Positions 40,901-55,677 of a DNA stretch of 64,000 nt are shown here, one piece after another. The position numbers were made by a program, and so were the translations under genes. Position 1 is the first letter of the stretch. Each line of letters opens with the position of its first letter. The notes beneath the pieces were generated by a model. That model saw only the letters and a program-made list of their open reading frames with translations, had not been told where the DNA came from and did not search any database. The DNA comes from Eledone cirrhosa (lineage: Eukaryota), in contig OZ024741.1 in NCBI GenBank assembly GCA_964016885.1, forward strand, positions 245,148,001 through 245,212,000, given 5' to 3'.

Positions 40901-43900
40901 TGGATTTTTAATGGATTTTTAATGGGTTTTTAATGGATTTTTTTTTTAATGGATTTTTTTAATGGGTTTTTTTAATGGCTTTTTTAAATGGATTTTTTTA
41001 ATGGTTTTTTTTTAATGGGTTTTTTAAATGGATTTTTTAATGGATTTTTAATTGATTTTTAATGGATTTTTAATGGGTTTTTAATGGATTTTTGAAATGG
41101 ATTTTTTAATGGATTTTTTTTAATGGGTTTTTTAAATGGATTTTTTTAATGGATTTTTAATGGATTTTTAATGGATTTTTAATGGGTTTTTAATGGATTT
41201 TTTAAATGGATTTTTTTAATGGATTTTTAATGGATTTTTTTTAATGGGTTTTTTTAAATGGATTTTTTTTAATGGATTTTTTAAATGGATTTTTTAATGG
41301 CTTTTTTTACTGGGTTTTTTAAATGGATTTTTTAATGGATTTTTAATGGATTTTTAATGCATTTTTAATGGATTTTTAATGGATTTTTTAATGACTTTTT
41401 TTAAATGGATTTTTAATGGATTTTTTTCTATGGATTTTTTTTAATGGATTTTTTTTAATGGATTTTTTTTTTTTTAATGGATTTTTTTTAATGGGTTTTT
41501 TTAATGGCTTTTTTAAATGGATTTTTTTAATGGATTTTTTTAATGGTTTTTTTAATGGATTTTTTAATGGATTTTTAATGGATTTTTAATGGATTTTTAA
41601 TGGGTTTTTAATGGATTTTTTAAATGGATTTTTTTAATGGATTTTTAATGGATTTTTTTAATGGATTTTTTTTAATGGTTTCTTTTAATGGATTTTTTTT
41701 TAATGGATTTTTTTTAATGGGTTTTTTTTTAATGGATTTTTTTTAATGGATTTTTTTAATGGATTTTTTTAATGGATTTTTAATGGATTTTTTTTAATGG
41801 ATTTTTTTAATGGATTTTTTTAATGGATTTTTTAATGGATTTTTTTATGGATTTTTTTTAATGGATTTTTTAAATGGATTTTTTTAATGGATTTTTTTAA
41901 TGGTTTTTTTTAATGGATTTCTTTTTAATGGATTTTTTAAATGGATTTTTTTAATGGATTTTTTTAATGGGTTTTTTAAATGGATTTTTTAATGTATTTT
42001 TAATGGATTTTTAATGGATTTTTAATGGATTTTTTTAAATGGATTTTTTTAATGGATTTTTAATGGATTTTTTTAAATGGATTTTTTAAATGGATTTTTT
42101 TTTTTAATGGATTTTTTTTTAATGGGTTTTTTAATGGCTTTTTTAAATGGATTTTTTTAATGGATTTTTTTAATGGGTTTTTTTAATGGATTTTTTAATG
42201 GATTTTTAATGGATTTTTAATGGATTTTTAATGGGTTTTTAATGGATTTTTTTAAATGGATTTTTTTAATGGATTTTTAATGGATTTTTTTAATGGATTT
42301 TTTTTAATGGTTTTTTCTTAATGGATTTTTTTTTTAATGGATTTTTTTTTATGGATTTTTTTTAATGGATTTTTTTAATGGATTTTTTAAATGGATTTTT
42401 TTAATGGATTTGTTTTAATGGGTTTTTTTAAATGGATTTTTTTTAATGGATTTTTCAAATGAATTTTTTTAATGGATTTTTTTAATGGGTTTTTTAAATG
42501 GATTTTTTAATGGATTTTTAATGAATTTTTAATGGGTTTTTAATGGATTTTTTGATGGATTTTTTTTAATGGATTTTTTTAATGGATTTTTAATGGATTT
42601 TTTTTAATGGATTTTTTTAATGGATTTTTTAATGGATTTTTTGATGGATTTTTTTAATGGATTTTTTTTAATGGATTTTTTTTAATGGATTTTTTTTTAA
42701 TGAATTTTTTTTAATGGGTTTTTTAAATGGATTTTTTAATGGATTTTTAATGGATTTTTAATGGGTTTTTAATGGATTTTTTTAAATGGATTTTTTTAAT
42801 GGATTTTTTAATGGATTTTTTTAAATGGATTTTTTTAATGGATTTTTAATGGATTTTTTTAAATTGATTTTTTTTAATGGATTTTTTTTAATGGATTTTT
42901 TTTTTAATGGATTTTTTTAATGGGTTTTTTAAATGGATTTTTTAATGGATTTTTAATGGATTTTTAATGGATTTTTAATGGGTTTTTAATGGATTTTTTA
43001 AATGGATTTTTTTAATGGATTTTTTTTAATGGGTTTTTTAAATGGATTTTTTTAATGGATTTTTAATGGATTTTTAATGGATTTTTAATGGGTTTTTAAT
43101 GGATTTTTTAAATGGATTTTTTTAATGGATTTTTAATGGATTTTTTAAATTGATTTTTTTTAATGGGTTTTTTTAAATGGATTTTTTTTAATGGATTTTT
43201 TAAATGGATTTTTTAATGGCTTTTTTAAATGGGTTTTTTAAATGGATTTTTTAATGGATTTTTAATGGATTTTTAATGGATTTTTAATGGATTTTTAATG
43301 GATTTTTTAATGACTTTTTTAATGGATTTTTAATGGATTTTTTTAATGGGTTTTTTTAAATGGATTTTTTTTAATGGATTTTTTAAATGGATTTTTTAAT
43401 GGCTTTTTTTACTGGGTTTTTTAAATGGATTTTTTAATGGATTTTTAATGGATTTTTAATGCATTTTTAATGGATTTTTAATGGATTTTTTAATGACTTT
43501 TTTTAAATGGATTTTTTTAATGGATTTTTAATGGATTTTTTTCTATGGATTTTTTTTAATGGATTTTTTTTAATGGATTTTTTTTTTTTTAATGGATTTT
43601 TTTTTAATGGGTTTTTTAATGGCTTTTTTAAATGGATTTTTTTAATGGATTTTTTTAATGGATTTTTTTAATGGATTTTTTTAATGGTTTTTTTAATGGA
43701 TTTTTTAATGGATTTTTAATGGATTTTTAATGGATTTTTAATGGGTTTTTAATGGATTTTTTAAATGGATTTTTTTAATGGATTTTTAATGGATTTTTTT
43801 AATGGATTTTTTTTAATGGTTTCTTTTAATGGATTTTTTTTTAATGGATTTTTTTTAATGGGTTTTTTTTTAATGGATTTTTTTTAATGGATTTTTTTAA

Positions 43901-46900
43901 TGGATTTTTTTAATGGATTTTTAATGGATTTTTTTTAATGGATTTTTTTAATGGATTTTTTAATGGATTTTTTTATGGATTTTTTTTAATGGATTTTTTA
44001 AATGGATTTTTTTAATGGATTTTTTTAATGGTTTTTTTTAATGGATTTCTTTTTAATGGATTTTTTAAATGGATTTTTTTAATGGATTTTTTTAATGGGT
44101 TTTTTAAATGGATTTTTTAATGTATTTTTAATGGATTTTTAATGGATTTTTAATGGATTTTTTTAAATGGATTTTTTTAATGGATTTTTAATGGATTTTT
44201 TTTAATGGATTTTTTAAATGGATTTTTTTTTTTAATGGATTTTTTTTTAATGGGTTTTTTAATGGCTTTTTTAAATGGATTTTTTTAATGGATTTTTTTA
44301 ATGGGTTTTTTAAATGGATTTTTTAATGGATTTTTAATGGATTTTTAATGGATTTTTAATGGGTTTTTAATGGATTTTTTTAAATGGATTTTTTAATGGA
44401 TTTTTAATGGATTTTTTTAATGGATTTTTTTTAATGGTTTTTTCTTAATGGATTTTTTTTTTAATGGATTTTTTTTAATGGGTTTTTTTTAATGGATTTT
44501 TTTAATGGATTTTTTAAATGGATTTTTTTAATGGATTTGTTTTAATGGGTTTTTTTAAATGGATTTTTTTTAATGGATTTTTCAAATGAATTTTTTTAAT
44601 GGATTTTTTTAATGGGTTTTTTAAATGGATTTTTTAATGGATTTTTAATGAATTTTTAATGGGTTTTTAATGGATTTTTTGATGGATTTTTTTTAATGGA
44701 TTTTTTTAATGGATTTTTAATGGATTTTTTTTAATGCATTTTTTTAATGGATTTTTTAATGGATTTTTTGATGGATTTTTTTAATGGATTTTTTTTAATG
44801 GATTTTTTAAATTGATTTTTTTTAATGGATTTTTTTAATGGGTTTTTTTTAATGGATTTTTTTTTAATGGATTTTTTAAATGGATTTTTTTAATGGATTT
44901 TTTTTAATAGGTTTTTTAAATGGATTTTTTAATGGATTTTTAATGGATTTTTAATGGATTTTTAATGGGTTTTTAATGGATTTTTTTAAATGGATTTTTT
45001 TAATGGATTTTTAATATATTTTTTTAAATTGATTTTTTTAATGGGTTTTTTTTAATGGCTTTTTTTAATGGGTTTTTTTAATGGCTTTTTTAAATGGATT
45101 TTTTAAATGGATTTTTTTAATGGATTTTTTTTAATGGGTTTTTTAAATGGATTTTTTTAATGGATTTTTAATGGATTTTTAATGGATTTTTAATGGGTTT
45201 TTAATGGATTTTTTAAATGGATTTTTTTAATGGATTTTTAATGGATTTTTTAAATTGCTTTTTTTTAATGGATTTTTTTTAATGGATTTTTTTAAATGGA
45301 TTTTTTAATGGCTTTTTTTAATGGGTTTTTTAAATGGATTTTTTACTGGATTTTTAATGGATTTTTAATGGATTTTTAATGGATTTTTCATGGATTTTTT
45401 AATGACTTTTTTTAAATGGATTTTATTAATGGATTTTTAATGGATTTTTTTTAATGGATTTTTTTTAATGGATTTTTTTTAATTGATTTTTTTTTTTTAA
45501 TGGATTTTTTTTAATGGGTTTTTTAATTGCTTTTTTAAATGGATTTTTTTAATGGATTTTTTTAATGGATTTTTTTAATGGGTTTTTTAAATGGATTTTT
45601 TAATGGATTTTTAATGGATTTTTAATGGATTTTTAATGGGTTTTTAATGGATTTTTTTTTAATGGCTTTTTTAAATGGATTTTTTTAATGGATTTTTTTA
45701 ATGGTTTTTTTAATGGATTTTTTAATGGATTTTTAATGGATTTTTAATGGATTTTTAATGGGTTTTTAATGGATTTTTTAAATGGATTTTTTTAATGGAT
45801 TTTTAATGGATTTTTTTAATGGATTTTTTTTAATGGTTTCTTTTAATGGATTTTTTTTTAATGGATTTTTTTTAATGGGTTTTTTTTTAATGGATTTTTT
45901 TTAATGGATTTTTTTAATGGATTTTTTTAATGGATTTTTAATGGATTTTTTTTAATGGATTTTTTAAATGGATTTTTTTAATGGATTTTTTAATGGATTT
46001 TTTTATGGATTTTTTTTAATGGATTTTTTAAATGGATTTTTTTAATGGATTTTTTTAATGGTTTTTTTTAATGGATTTCTTTTTAATGGATTTTTTAAAT
46101 GGATTTTTTTAATGGATTTTTTTAATGGGTTTTTTAAATGGATTTTTTAATGTATTTTTAATGGATTTTTAATGGATTTTTAATGGATTTTTTTAAATGG
46201 ATTTTTTTAATGGATTTTTAATGGATTTTTTTAAATGGATTTTTTAAATGGATTTTTTTTTTTAATGGATTTTTTTTTAATGGGTTTTTTAATGGCTTTT
46301 TTAAATGGATTTTTTTAATGGATTTTTTTAATGGGTTTTTTTAATGGATTTTTTAATGGATTTTTAATGGATTTTTAATGGATTTTTAATGGGTTTTTAA
46401 TGGATTTTTTTAAATGGATTTTTTTAATGGATTTTTAATGGATTTTTTTAATGGATTTTTTTTAATGGTTTTTTCTTAATGGATTTTTTTTTTAATGGAT
46501 TTTTTTTTATGGATTTTTTTTAATGGATTTTTTTAATGGATTTTTTAAATGGATTTTTTTAATGGATTTGTTTTAATGGGTTTTTTTAAATGGATTTTTT
46601 TTAATGGATTTTTCAAATGAATTTTTTTAATGGATTTTTTTAATGGGTTTTTTAAATGGATTTTTTAATGGATTTTTAATGAATTTTTAATGGGTTTTTA
46701 ATGGATTTTTTGATGGATTTTTTTTAATGGATTTTTTTAATGGATTTTTAATGGATTTTTTTTAATGGATTTTTTTAATGGATTTTTTAATGGATTTTTT
46801 GATGGATTTTTTTAATGGATTTTTTTTAATGGATTTTTTTTAATGGATTTTTTTTTAATGAATTTTTTTTAATGGGTTTTTTAAATGGATTTTTTAATGG

Positions 46901-49900
46901 ATTTTTAATGGATTTTTAATGGGTTTTTAATGGATTTTTTTAAATGGATTTTTTTAATGGATTTTTTAATGGATTTTTTTAAATGGATTTTTTTAATGGA
47001 TTTTTAATGGATTTTTTTAAATTGATTTTTTTTAATGGATTTTTTTTAATGGATTTTTTTTTTAATGGATTTTTTTAATGGGTTTTTTAAATGGATTTTT
47101 TAATGGATTTTTAATGGATTTTTAATGGATTTTTAATGGGTTTTTAATGGATTTTTTAAATGGATTTTTTTAATGGATTTTTTTTAATGGGTTTTTTAAA
47201 TGGATTTTTTTAATGGATTTTTAATGGATTTTTAATGGATTTTTAATGGGTTTTTAATGGATTTTTTAAATGGATTTTTTTAATGGATTTTTAATGGATT
47301 TTTTAAATTGATTTTTTTTAATGGGTTTTTTTAAATGGATTTTTTTTAATGGATTTTTTAAATGGATTTTTTAATGGCTTTTTTAAATGGGTTTTTTAAA
47401 TGGATTTTTTAATGGATTTTTAATGGATTTTTAATGGATTTTTAATGGATTTTTAATGGATTTTTTAATGACTTTTTTAAATGGATTTTTTTTAATGGAT
47501 TTTTAATGGGTTTTTTTTAATGGATTTTTTTTTAATGGATTTTTTAAATGGATTTTTTTAATGGATTTTTTTTAATGGGTTTTTTAAATGGATTTTTTAA
47601 TGGATTTTTAATGGATTTTTAATGGATTTTTAATGGGTTTTTAATGGATTTTTTTAAATGGATTTTTTTAATGGATTTTTAATGGATTTTTTAAATTGAT
47701 TTTTTTTAATGGATTTTTTTTTTTATGGATTTTTTTTTAATGGATTTTTCTTAATGGGTTTTTTTTTAATGGATTTTTTTTAATGGAATTTTTAAATGGA
47801 TTTTTTTAATGGATTTTTTTTAATGGGTTTTTTTAAATGGATTTTTTTTAATGGATTTTTTAAATGAATTTTTTTAATGGATTTTTTTAATGGGTTTTTT
47901 AAATGGATTTTTTAATGGATTTTTAATGGATTTTTAATGGATTTTTAATGGGTTTTTAATGGATTTTTTTAAATGGATTTTTTTAATGGATTTTTAATGG
48001 ATTTTTTTAAATTGATTTTTTTTAATGGATTTTTTTTTAATGGATTTTTTTTAATGGATTTTTTTTTAATGAATTTTTTTTAATGGGTTTTTTAAATGGA
48101 TTTTTTAATGGATTTTTAATGGATTTTTAATGGGTTTTTAATGGATTTTTTTAAATGGATTTTTTTAATGGATTTTTTAATGGATTTTTTTAAATGGATT
48201 TTTTTAATGGATTTTTAATGGATTTTTTTTAATTGATTTTTTTTAATGGATTTTTTTTAATGGATTTTTTTTTAATGGATTTTTTTAATGGGTTTTTTAA
48301 ATGGATTTTTTAATGGATTTTTAATGGATTTTTAATGGATTTTTAATGGGTTTTTAATGGATTTTTTAAATGGATTTTTTTAATGGATTTTTTTTAATGG
48401 GTTTTTTAAATGGATTTTTTTAATGGATTTTTAATGGATTTTTAATGGATTTTTAATGGGTTTTTAATGGATTTTTTAAATGGATTTTTTTAATGGATTT
48501 TTAATGGATTTTTTAAATTGATTTTTTTTAATGGGTTTTTTTAAATGGATTTTTTTTAATGGATTTTTTAAATGGATTTTTTAATGGCTTTTTTAAATGG
48601 GTTTTTTAAATGGATTTTTTAATGGATTTTTAATGGATTTTTAATGGATTTTTAATGGATTTTTTAATGACTTTTTTAAATGGATTTTTTTAATGGATTT
48701 TTAATGGGTTTTTTTTAATGGATTTTTTTTTAATGGATTTTTTAAATGGATTTTTTTAATGGATTTTTTTTAATGGGTTTTTTAAATGGATTTTTTAATG
48801 GATTTTTAATGGATTTTTAATGGATTTTTAATGGGTTTTTAATGGATTTTTTTAAATGGATTTTTTTAATGGATTTTTAATGGATTTTTTAAATTGATTT
48901 TTTTTAATGGACTTTTTTTTAATGGATTTTTTTTTAATGGATTTTTTTAATGGGTTTTTTAAATGGATTTTTTAATGGATTTTTAATGGATTTTTAATGG
49001 TTTTTTTTAAATTGATTTTTTTAATGGGTTTTTTTTAATGGCTTTTTTTTAATGGGTTTTTTAATGGCTTTTTTAAATGGATTTTTTTAATGGATTTTTT
49101 AATGGATTTTTTTTTAATGGGTTTTTTAAATGGATTTTTTAATGGATTTTTTTAAATGGATTTTTTTAATGGATTTTTAATGGATTTTTTTAAATTGATT
49201 TTTTTTAATGGATTTTTTTTAATGGATTTTTTTTTTAATGGATTTTTTTAATGGGTTTTTTTAATGGCTTTTTTTAAATGGATTTTTTTAATGGTTTTTT
49301 TTTAATGGGTTTTTTAAATGGATTTTTTAATGGATTTTTAATTGATTTTTAATGGATTTTTAATGGGTTTTTAATGGATTTTTGAAATGGATTTTTTAAT
49401 GGATTTTTTTTAATGGGTTTTTTAAATGGATTTTTTTAATGGATTTTTAATGGATTTTTAATGGATTTTTAATGGGTTTTTAATGGATTTTTTAAATGGA
49501 TTTTTTTAATGGATTTTTAATGGATTTTTTTAATGGGTTTTTTTAAATGGATTTTTTTTAATGGATTTTTTAAATGGATTTTTTAATGGCTTTTTTTACT
49601 GGGTTTTTTAAATGGATTTTTTAATGGATTTTTAATGGATTTTTAATGCATTTTTAATGGATTTTTAATGGATTTTTTAATGACTTTTTTTAAATGGATT
49701 TTTTTAATGGATTTTTAATGGATTTTTTTCTATGGATTTTTTTTAATGGATTTTTTTTAATGGATTTTTTTTTTTTTAATGGATTTTTTTTTAATGGGTT
49801 TTTTAATGGCTTTTTTAAATGGATTTTTTTAATGGATTTTTTTAATGGATTTTTTTAATGGATTTTTTTAATGGTTTTTTTAATGGATTTTTTAATGGAT

Positions 49901-52900
49901 TTTTAATGGATTTTTAATGGATTTTTAATGGGTTTTTAATGGATTTTTTAAATGGATTTTTTTAATGGATTTTTAATGGATTTTTTTAATGGATTTTTTT
50001 TAATGGTTTCTTTTAATGGATTTTTTTTTAATGGATTTTTTTTAATGGGTTTTTTTTTAATGGATTTTTTTTAATGGATTTTTTTAATGGATTTTTTTAA
50101 TGGATTTTTAATGGATTTTTTTTAATGGATTTTTTTAATGGATTTTTTAATGGATTTTTTTATGGATTTTTTTTAATGGATTTTTTAAATGGATTTTTTT
50201 AATGGATTTTTTTAATGGTTTTTTTTAATGGATTTCTTTTTAATGGATTTTTTAAATGGATTTTTTTAATGGATTTTTTTAATGGGTTTTTTAAATGGAT
50301 TTTTTAATGTATTTTTAATGGATTTTTAATGGATTTTTAATGGATTTTTTTAAATGGATTTTTTTAATGGATTTTTAATGGATTTTTTTTAATGGATTTT
50401 TTAAATGGATTTTTTTTTTTAATGGATTTTTTTTTAATGGGTTTTTTAATGGCTTTTTTAAATGGATTTTTTTAATGGATTTTTTTAATGGGTTTTTTAA
50501 ATGGATTTTTTAATGGATTTTTAATGGATTTTTAATGGATTTTTAATGGGTTTTTAATGGATTTTTTTAAATGGATTTTTTAATGGATTTTTAATGGATT
50601 TTTTTAATGGATTTTTTTTAATGGTTTTTTCTTAATGGATTTTTTTTTTAATGGATTTTTTTTAATGGGTTTTTTTTAATGGATTTTTTTAATGGATTTT
50701 TTAAATGGATTTTTTTAATGGATTTGTTTTAATGGGTTTTTTTAAATGGATTTTTTTTAATGGATTTTTCAAATGAATTTTTTTAATGGATTTTTTTAAT
50801 GGGTTTTTTAAATGGATTTTTTAATGGATTTTTAATGAATTTTTAATGGGTTTTTAATGGATTTTTTGATGGATTTTTTTTAATGGATTTTTTTAATGGA
50901 TTTTTAATGGATTTTTTTTAATGCATTTTTTTAATGGATTTTTTAATGGATTTTTTGATGGATTTTTTTAATGGATTTTTTTTAATGGATTTTTTAAATT
51001 GATTTTTTTTAATGGATTTTTTTAATGGGTTTTTTTTAATGGATTTTTTTTTAATGGATTTTTTAAATGGATTTTTTTAATGGATTTTTTTTAATAGGTT
51101 TTTTAAATGGATTTTTTAATGGATTTTTAATGGATTTTTAATGGATTTTTAATGGGTTTTTAATGGATTTTTTTAAATGGATTTTTTTAATGGATTTTTA
51201 ATATATTTTTTTAAATTGATTTTTTTAATGGGTTTTTTTAATGGCTTTTTTTAATGGGTTTTTTTAATGGCTTTTTTAAATGGATTTTTTAAATGGATTT
51301 TTTTAATGGATTTTTTTTAATGGGTTTTTTAAATGGATTTTTTTAATGGATTTTTAATGGATTTTTAATGGATTTTTAATGGGTTTTTAATGGATTTTTT
51401 AAATGGATTTTTTTAATGGATTTTTAATGGATTTTTTAAATTGCTTTTTTTTAATGGATTTTTTTTAATGGATTTTTTTAAATGGATTTTTTAATGGCTT
51501 TTTTTAATGGGTTTTTTAAATGGATTTTTTACTGGATTTTTAATGGATTTTTAATGGATTTTTAATGGATTTTTCATGGATTTTTTAATGACTTTTTTTA
51601 AATGGATTTTATTAATGGATTTTTAATGGATTTTTTTTAATGGATTTTTTTTAATGGATTTTTTTTAATTGATTTTTTTTTTTTAATGGATTTTTTTTAA
51701 TGGGTTTTTTAATTGCTTTTTTAAATGGATTTTTTTAATGGATTTTTTTAATGGATTTTTTTAATGGGTTTTTTAAATGGATTTTTTAATGGATTTTTAA
51801 TGGATTTTTAATGGATTTTTAATGGGTTTTTAATGGATTTTTTTTAATGGATTTTTTTAATGGATTTTTAATGTATTTTTTTAATGGATTTTTTTTAATG
51901 GTCTCTTTTAATGGATTTTTTTTAATGGATTTTTTTTAATGGGTTTTTTTAATGGATTTTTTTTAATGGATTTTTTAAATGGGTTTTTTTAATGGCTTTT
52001 TTAAATGGATTTTTTTAATGGTTTTTTTTTAATGGGTTTTTAATTGATTTTTAATGGATTTTTAATGGGTTTTTAATGGATTTTTGAAATGGATTTTTTA
52101 ATGGATTTTTTTTAATGGGTTTTTTAAATGGATTTTTTTAATGGATTTTTAATGGATTTTTAATGGATTTTTTAATGACTTTTTTTAAATGGATTTTTTT
52201 AATGGATTTTTAATGGATTTTTTTTAATGGATTTTTTTCAATGGATTTTTTTTAATGGATTTTTTTTTTAATGGATTTTTTTTAATGGGTTTTTTTAATG
52301 GCTTTTTTAAATGGATTTTTTTAATGGATTTTTTTAATGGATTTTTTTAATGGGTTTTTTAAATGGATTTTTTAATGGATTTTTAATGGATTTTTAATGG
52401 ATTTTTAATGGATTTTTAATGGATTTTTTTAAATAGATTTTTTTAATGGATTTTTAATGGATTTTTTTAATGGATTTTTTTAATGGGTTTTTTTAATGGA
52501 TTTTTTTTAATGGGTTTTTTTTTAATGGATTTTTTTTAATGGATTTTTTAAATGGATTTTTTTAATGGATTTTTTTTAATGGGTTTTTTTAAATGGATTT
52601 TTTTAATGGATTTTTTAAATGAATTTTTTTAATGGATTTTTTTAATGGGTTTTTTAAATGGATTTTTTAATGGATTTTTAATGGATTTTTAATGGATTTT
52701 TAATGGATTTTTTAATGGATTTTTTTAAATGGATTTTTTTAATGGATTTTTAATGCATTTTTTTTAATGGATTTTTTTAATGGATTTTTTTTTAATGGAT
52801 TTTTTTTTAATGGATTTTTTTTTAATGAATTTTTTTTAATGGGTTTTTTAAATGGATTTTTTAATGGATTTTTAATGGATTTTTAATGGGTTTTTAATGG

Positions 52901-55677
52901 ATTTTTTAATGGATTTTTTTAAATGGATTTTTTTAATGGATTTTTAATGGATTTTTTTTAATGGATTTTTTTAATGGATTTTTTAATGCATTTTTTAATG
53001 GATTTTTTTAAATGGATTTTTTTAATGGATTTTTTAAATGGATTTTTTTAATGGATTTTTTTGGTTTTTTTTTAATGGATTTTTTTTTAATGGATTTTTT
53101 AAATGGATTTTTGTAATGGATTTTTTTTAATGGGTTTTTTAAATGGATTTTTTAATGGATTTTTAATGGATTTTTAATGGATTTTTAATGGATTTTTAAT
53201 GGATTTTTAATGGGTTTTTAATGGATTTTTTTAAATGGATTTTTTTAATGGATTTTTAATGGATTTTTTTAATGGATTTTTTTAATGGGTTTTTTTTAAT
53301 GGGTTTTTTTTAATGGATTTTTTTTAATGGATTTTTTAAATGGATTTTTTTAATGGATTTTTTTTAATGGATTTTTTTTAATGGATTTTTTAAATGAATT
53401 TTTTTAATGGATTTTTTTAATGGGTTTTTTAAATGGATTTTTTAATGGATTTTTAATGGATTTTTAATGGATTTTTAATGGATTTTTTAATGGATTTTTT
53501 TAAATGGATTTTTTTAATGGATTTTTAATGCATTTTTTTTAATGGATTTTTTTAATGGATTTTTTTTTTAATGGATTTTTTTTTAATGGATTTTTTTTTA
53601 ATGAATTTTTTTTAATGGGTTGTTTAAATGGATTTTTTAATGGATTTTTAATGGATTTTTAATGGGTTTTTAATGGATTTTTTAATGGATTTTTTTAAAT
53701 GGATTTTTTTAATGGATTTTTAATGGATTTTTTTTAATGGATTTTTTTAATGGATTTTTTAATGGATTTTTTAATGGATTTTTTTTAATGGATTTTTTTA
53801 ATGGATTTTTTAAATGGATTTTTTTAATGGATTTTTTTAATGGTTTTTTTTTAATGGATTTTTTTTTAATGGATTTTTTAAATGGATTTTTTTAATGGAT
53901 TTTTTTTAATGGGTTTTTTAAATGGATTTTTTAATGGATTTTTAATGGATTTTTAATGGATTTTTAATGGGTTTTTAATGGATTTTTTTAAATGGATTTT
54001 TTTAATGGATTTTTAATGGATTTTTTTAAATTGATTTTTTTTAATGGATTTTTTTTTTAATGGATTTTTTTTTAATGGATTTTTTTTTAATGGATTTTTT
54101 TAATGGGTTTTTTAAATGGATTTTTTAATGGATTTTTAATGGATTTATAATGGGTTTTTTTAAATTGATTTTTTTAATGGTTTTTTTTAATGGCTTTTTT
54201 TAAATGGGTTTTTTTAATGGCTTTTTTAAATGGATTTTTTTAATGGATTTTTTAATGGATTTTTTTTAATGGGTTTTTTAAATGGATTTTTTAATGGATT
54301 TTTTTAAATGGATTTTTTTAATGGATTTTTAATGGATTTTTATAAATTGATTTTTTTTAATGGATTTTTTTTAATGGATTTTTTTTTTAATGGATTTTTT
54401 TAATGGGTTTTTTTAATGGCTTTTTTAAATGGATTTTTTTAATGGTTTTTTTTTAATAAGTTTTTTAAATGGATTTTTTAATGGATTTTTAATTGATTTT
54501 TAATGGATTTTTAATGGGTTTTTAATGGATTTTTGAAATGGATTTTTTAATGGATTTTTTTTAATGGGTTTTTTAAATGGATTTTTTTAATGGATTTTTA
54601 ATGGATTTTTAATGGGTTTTTAATGGATTTTTTAAATGGATTTTTTTAATGGATTTTTAATGGATTTTTTTAATGGATTTTTTTTAATGGTTTCTTTTAA
54701 TGGATTTTTTTTTAATGGATTTTTTTTAATGGGTTTTTTTTTAATGGATTTTTTTTAATGGATTTTTTTAATGGATTTTTTTAATGGATTTTTAATGGAT
54801 TTTTTTTAATGGATTTTTTTAATGGATTTTTTAATGGATTTTTTTATGGATTTTTTTTAATGGATTTTTTTTAATGGATTTTTTAAATGGATTTTTTTAA
54901 TGGGTTTTTTTAATGGATTTCTTTTTAATGGATTTTTTAAATGGATTTTTTTAATGGATTTTTTTAATGGGTTTTTTAAATGGATTTTTTAATGTATTTT
55001 TAATGGATTTTTTTTAATGGATTTTTTTAATGGATTTTTAATGGATTTTTTTAATGGATTTTTTTAATGGGTTTTTTTTAATGGATTTTTTTTTAATGGA
55101 TTTTTTTAATGGGTTTTTTAAATGGATTTTTTACTGGATTTTTAATGGATTTTTAATGGGTTTTTAATGGATTTTTTTTAAATTGATTTTTTTAATGGGT
55201 TTTTTTTAATGGCTTTTTTTTAATGGGTTTTTTAAATGGATTTTTTTAATGGATTTTTTTTAATGGGTTTTTTAAATGGATTTTTTAATGGATTTTTAAT
55301 GGATTTTTAATGGATTTTTAATGGGTTTTTAATGGGTTTTTTAAATGGATTTTTTTAATGGATTTTTTATGGATTTTTTAAATTGATTTTTTTTAATGGA
55401 TTTTTTTTAATGGATTTTTTTTAATGGATTTTTTTTTTTAATGGATTTTTTTTTAATGGGTTTTTTTAATGGCTTTTTTAAATGGATTTTTTTAATGGAT
55501 TTTTTTAATGGGTTTTTTAAATGGATTTTTTAATGGATTTTTAATGGATTTTTAATGGATTTTTAATGGGTTTTTAATGGATTTTTTTAATGGATTTTTT
55601 TTTAATGGATTTTTTAAATGGATTTTTTTAATGGATTTTTTTTAATGGGTTTTTTAAATGGATTTTTTAATGGATTT
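34937..55677 (+). repeat. Homogeneous AATGGA(T)n satellite array B (~20.7 kb) with an internal 5210-bp tandem duplication
   Basis: Same monomer as array A. Rare variant markers recur at +5210 (actggg 36099/41309 and 38201/43411; aatagg ~39696/~44906). Confidence 0.95.
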
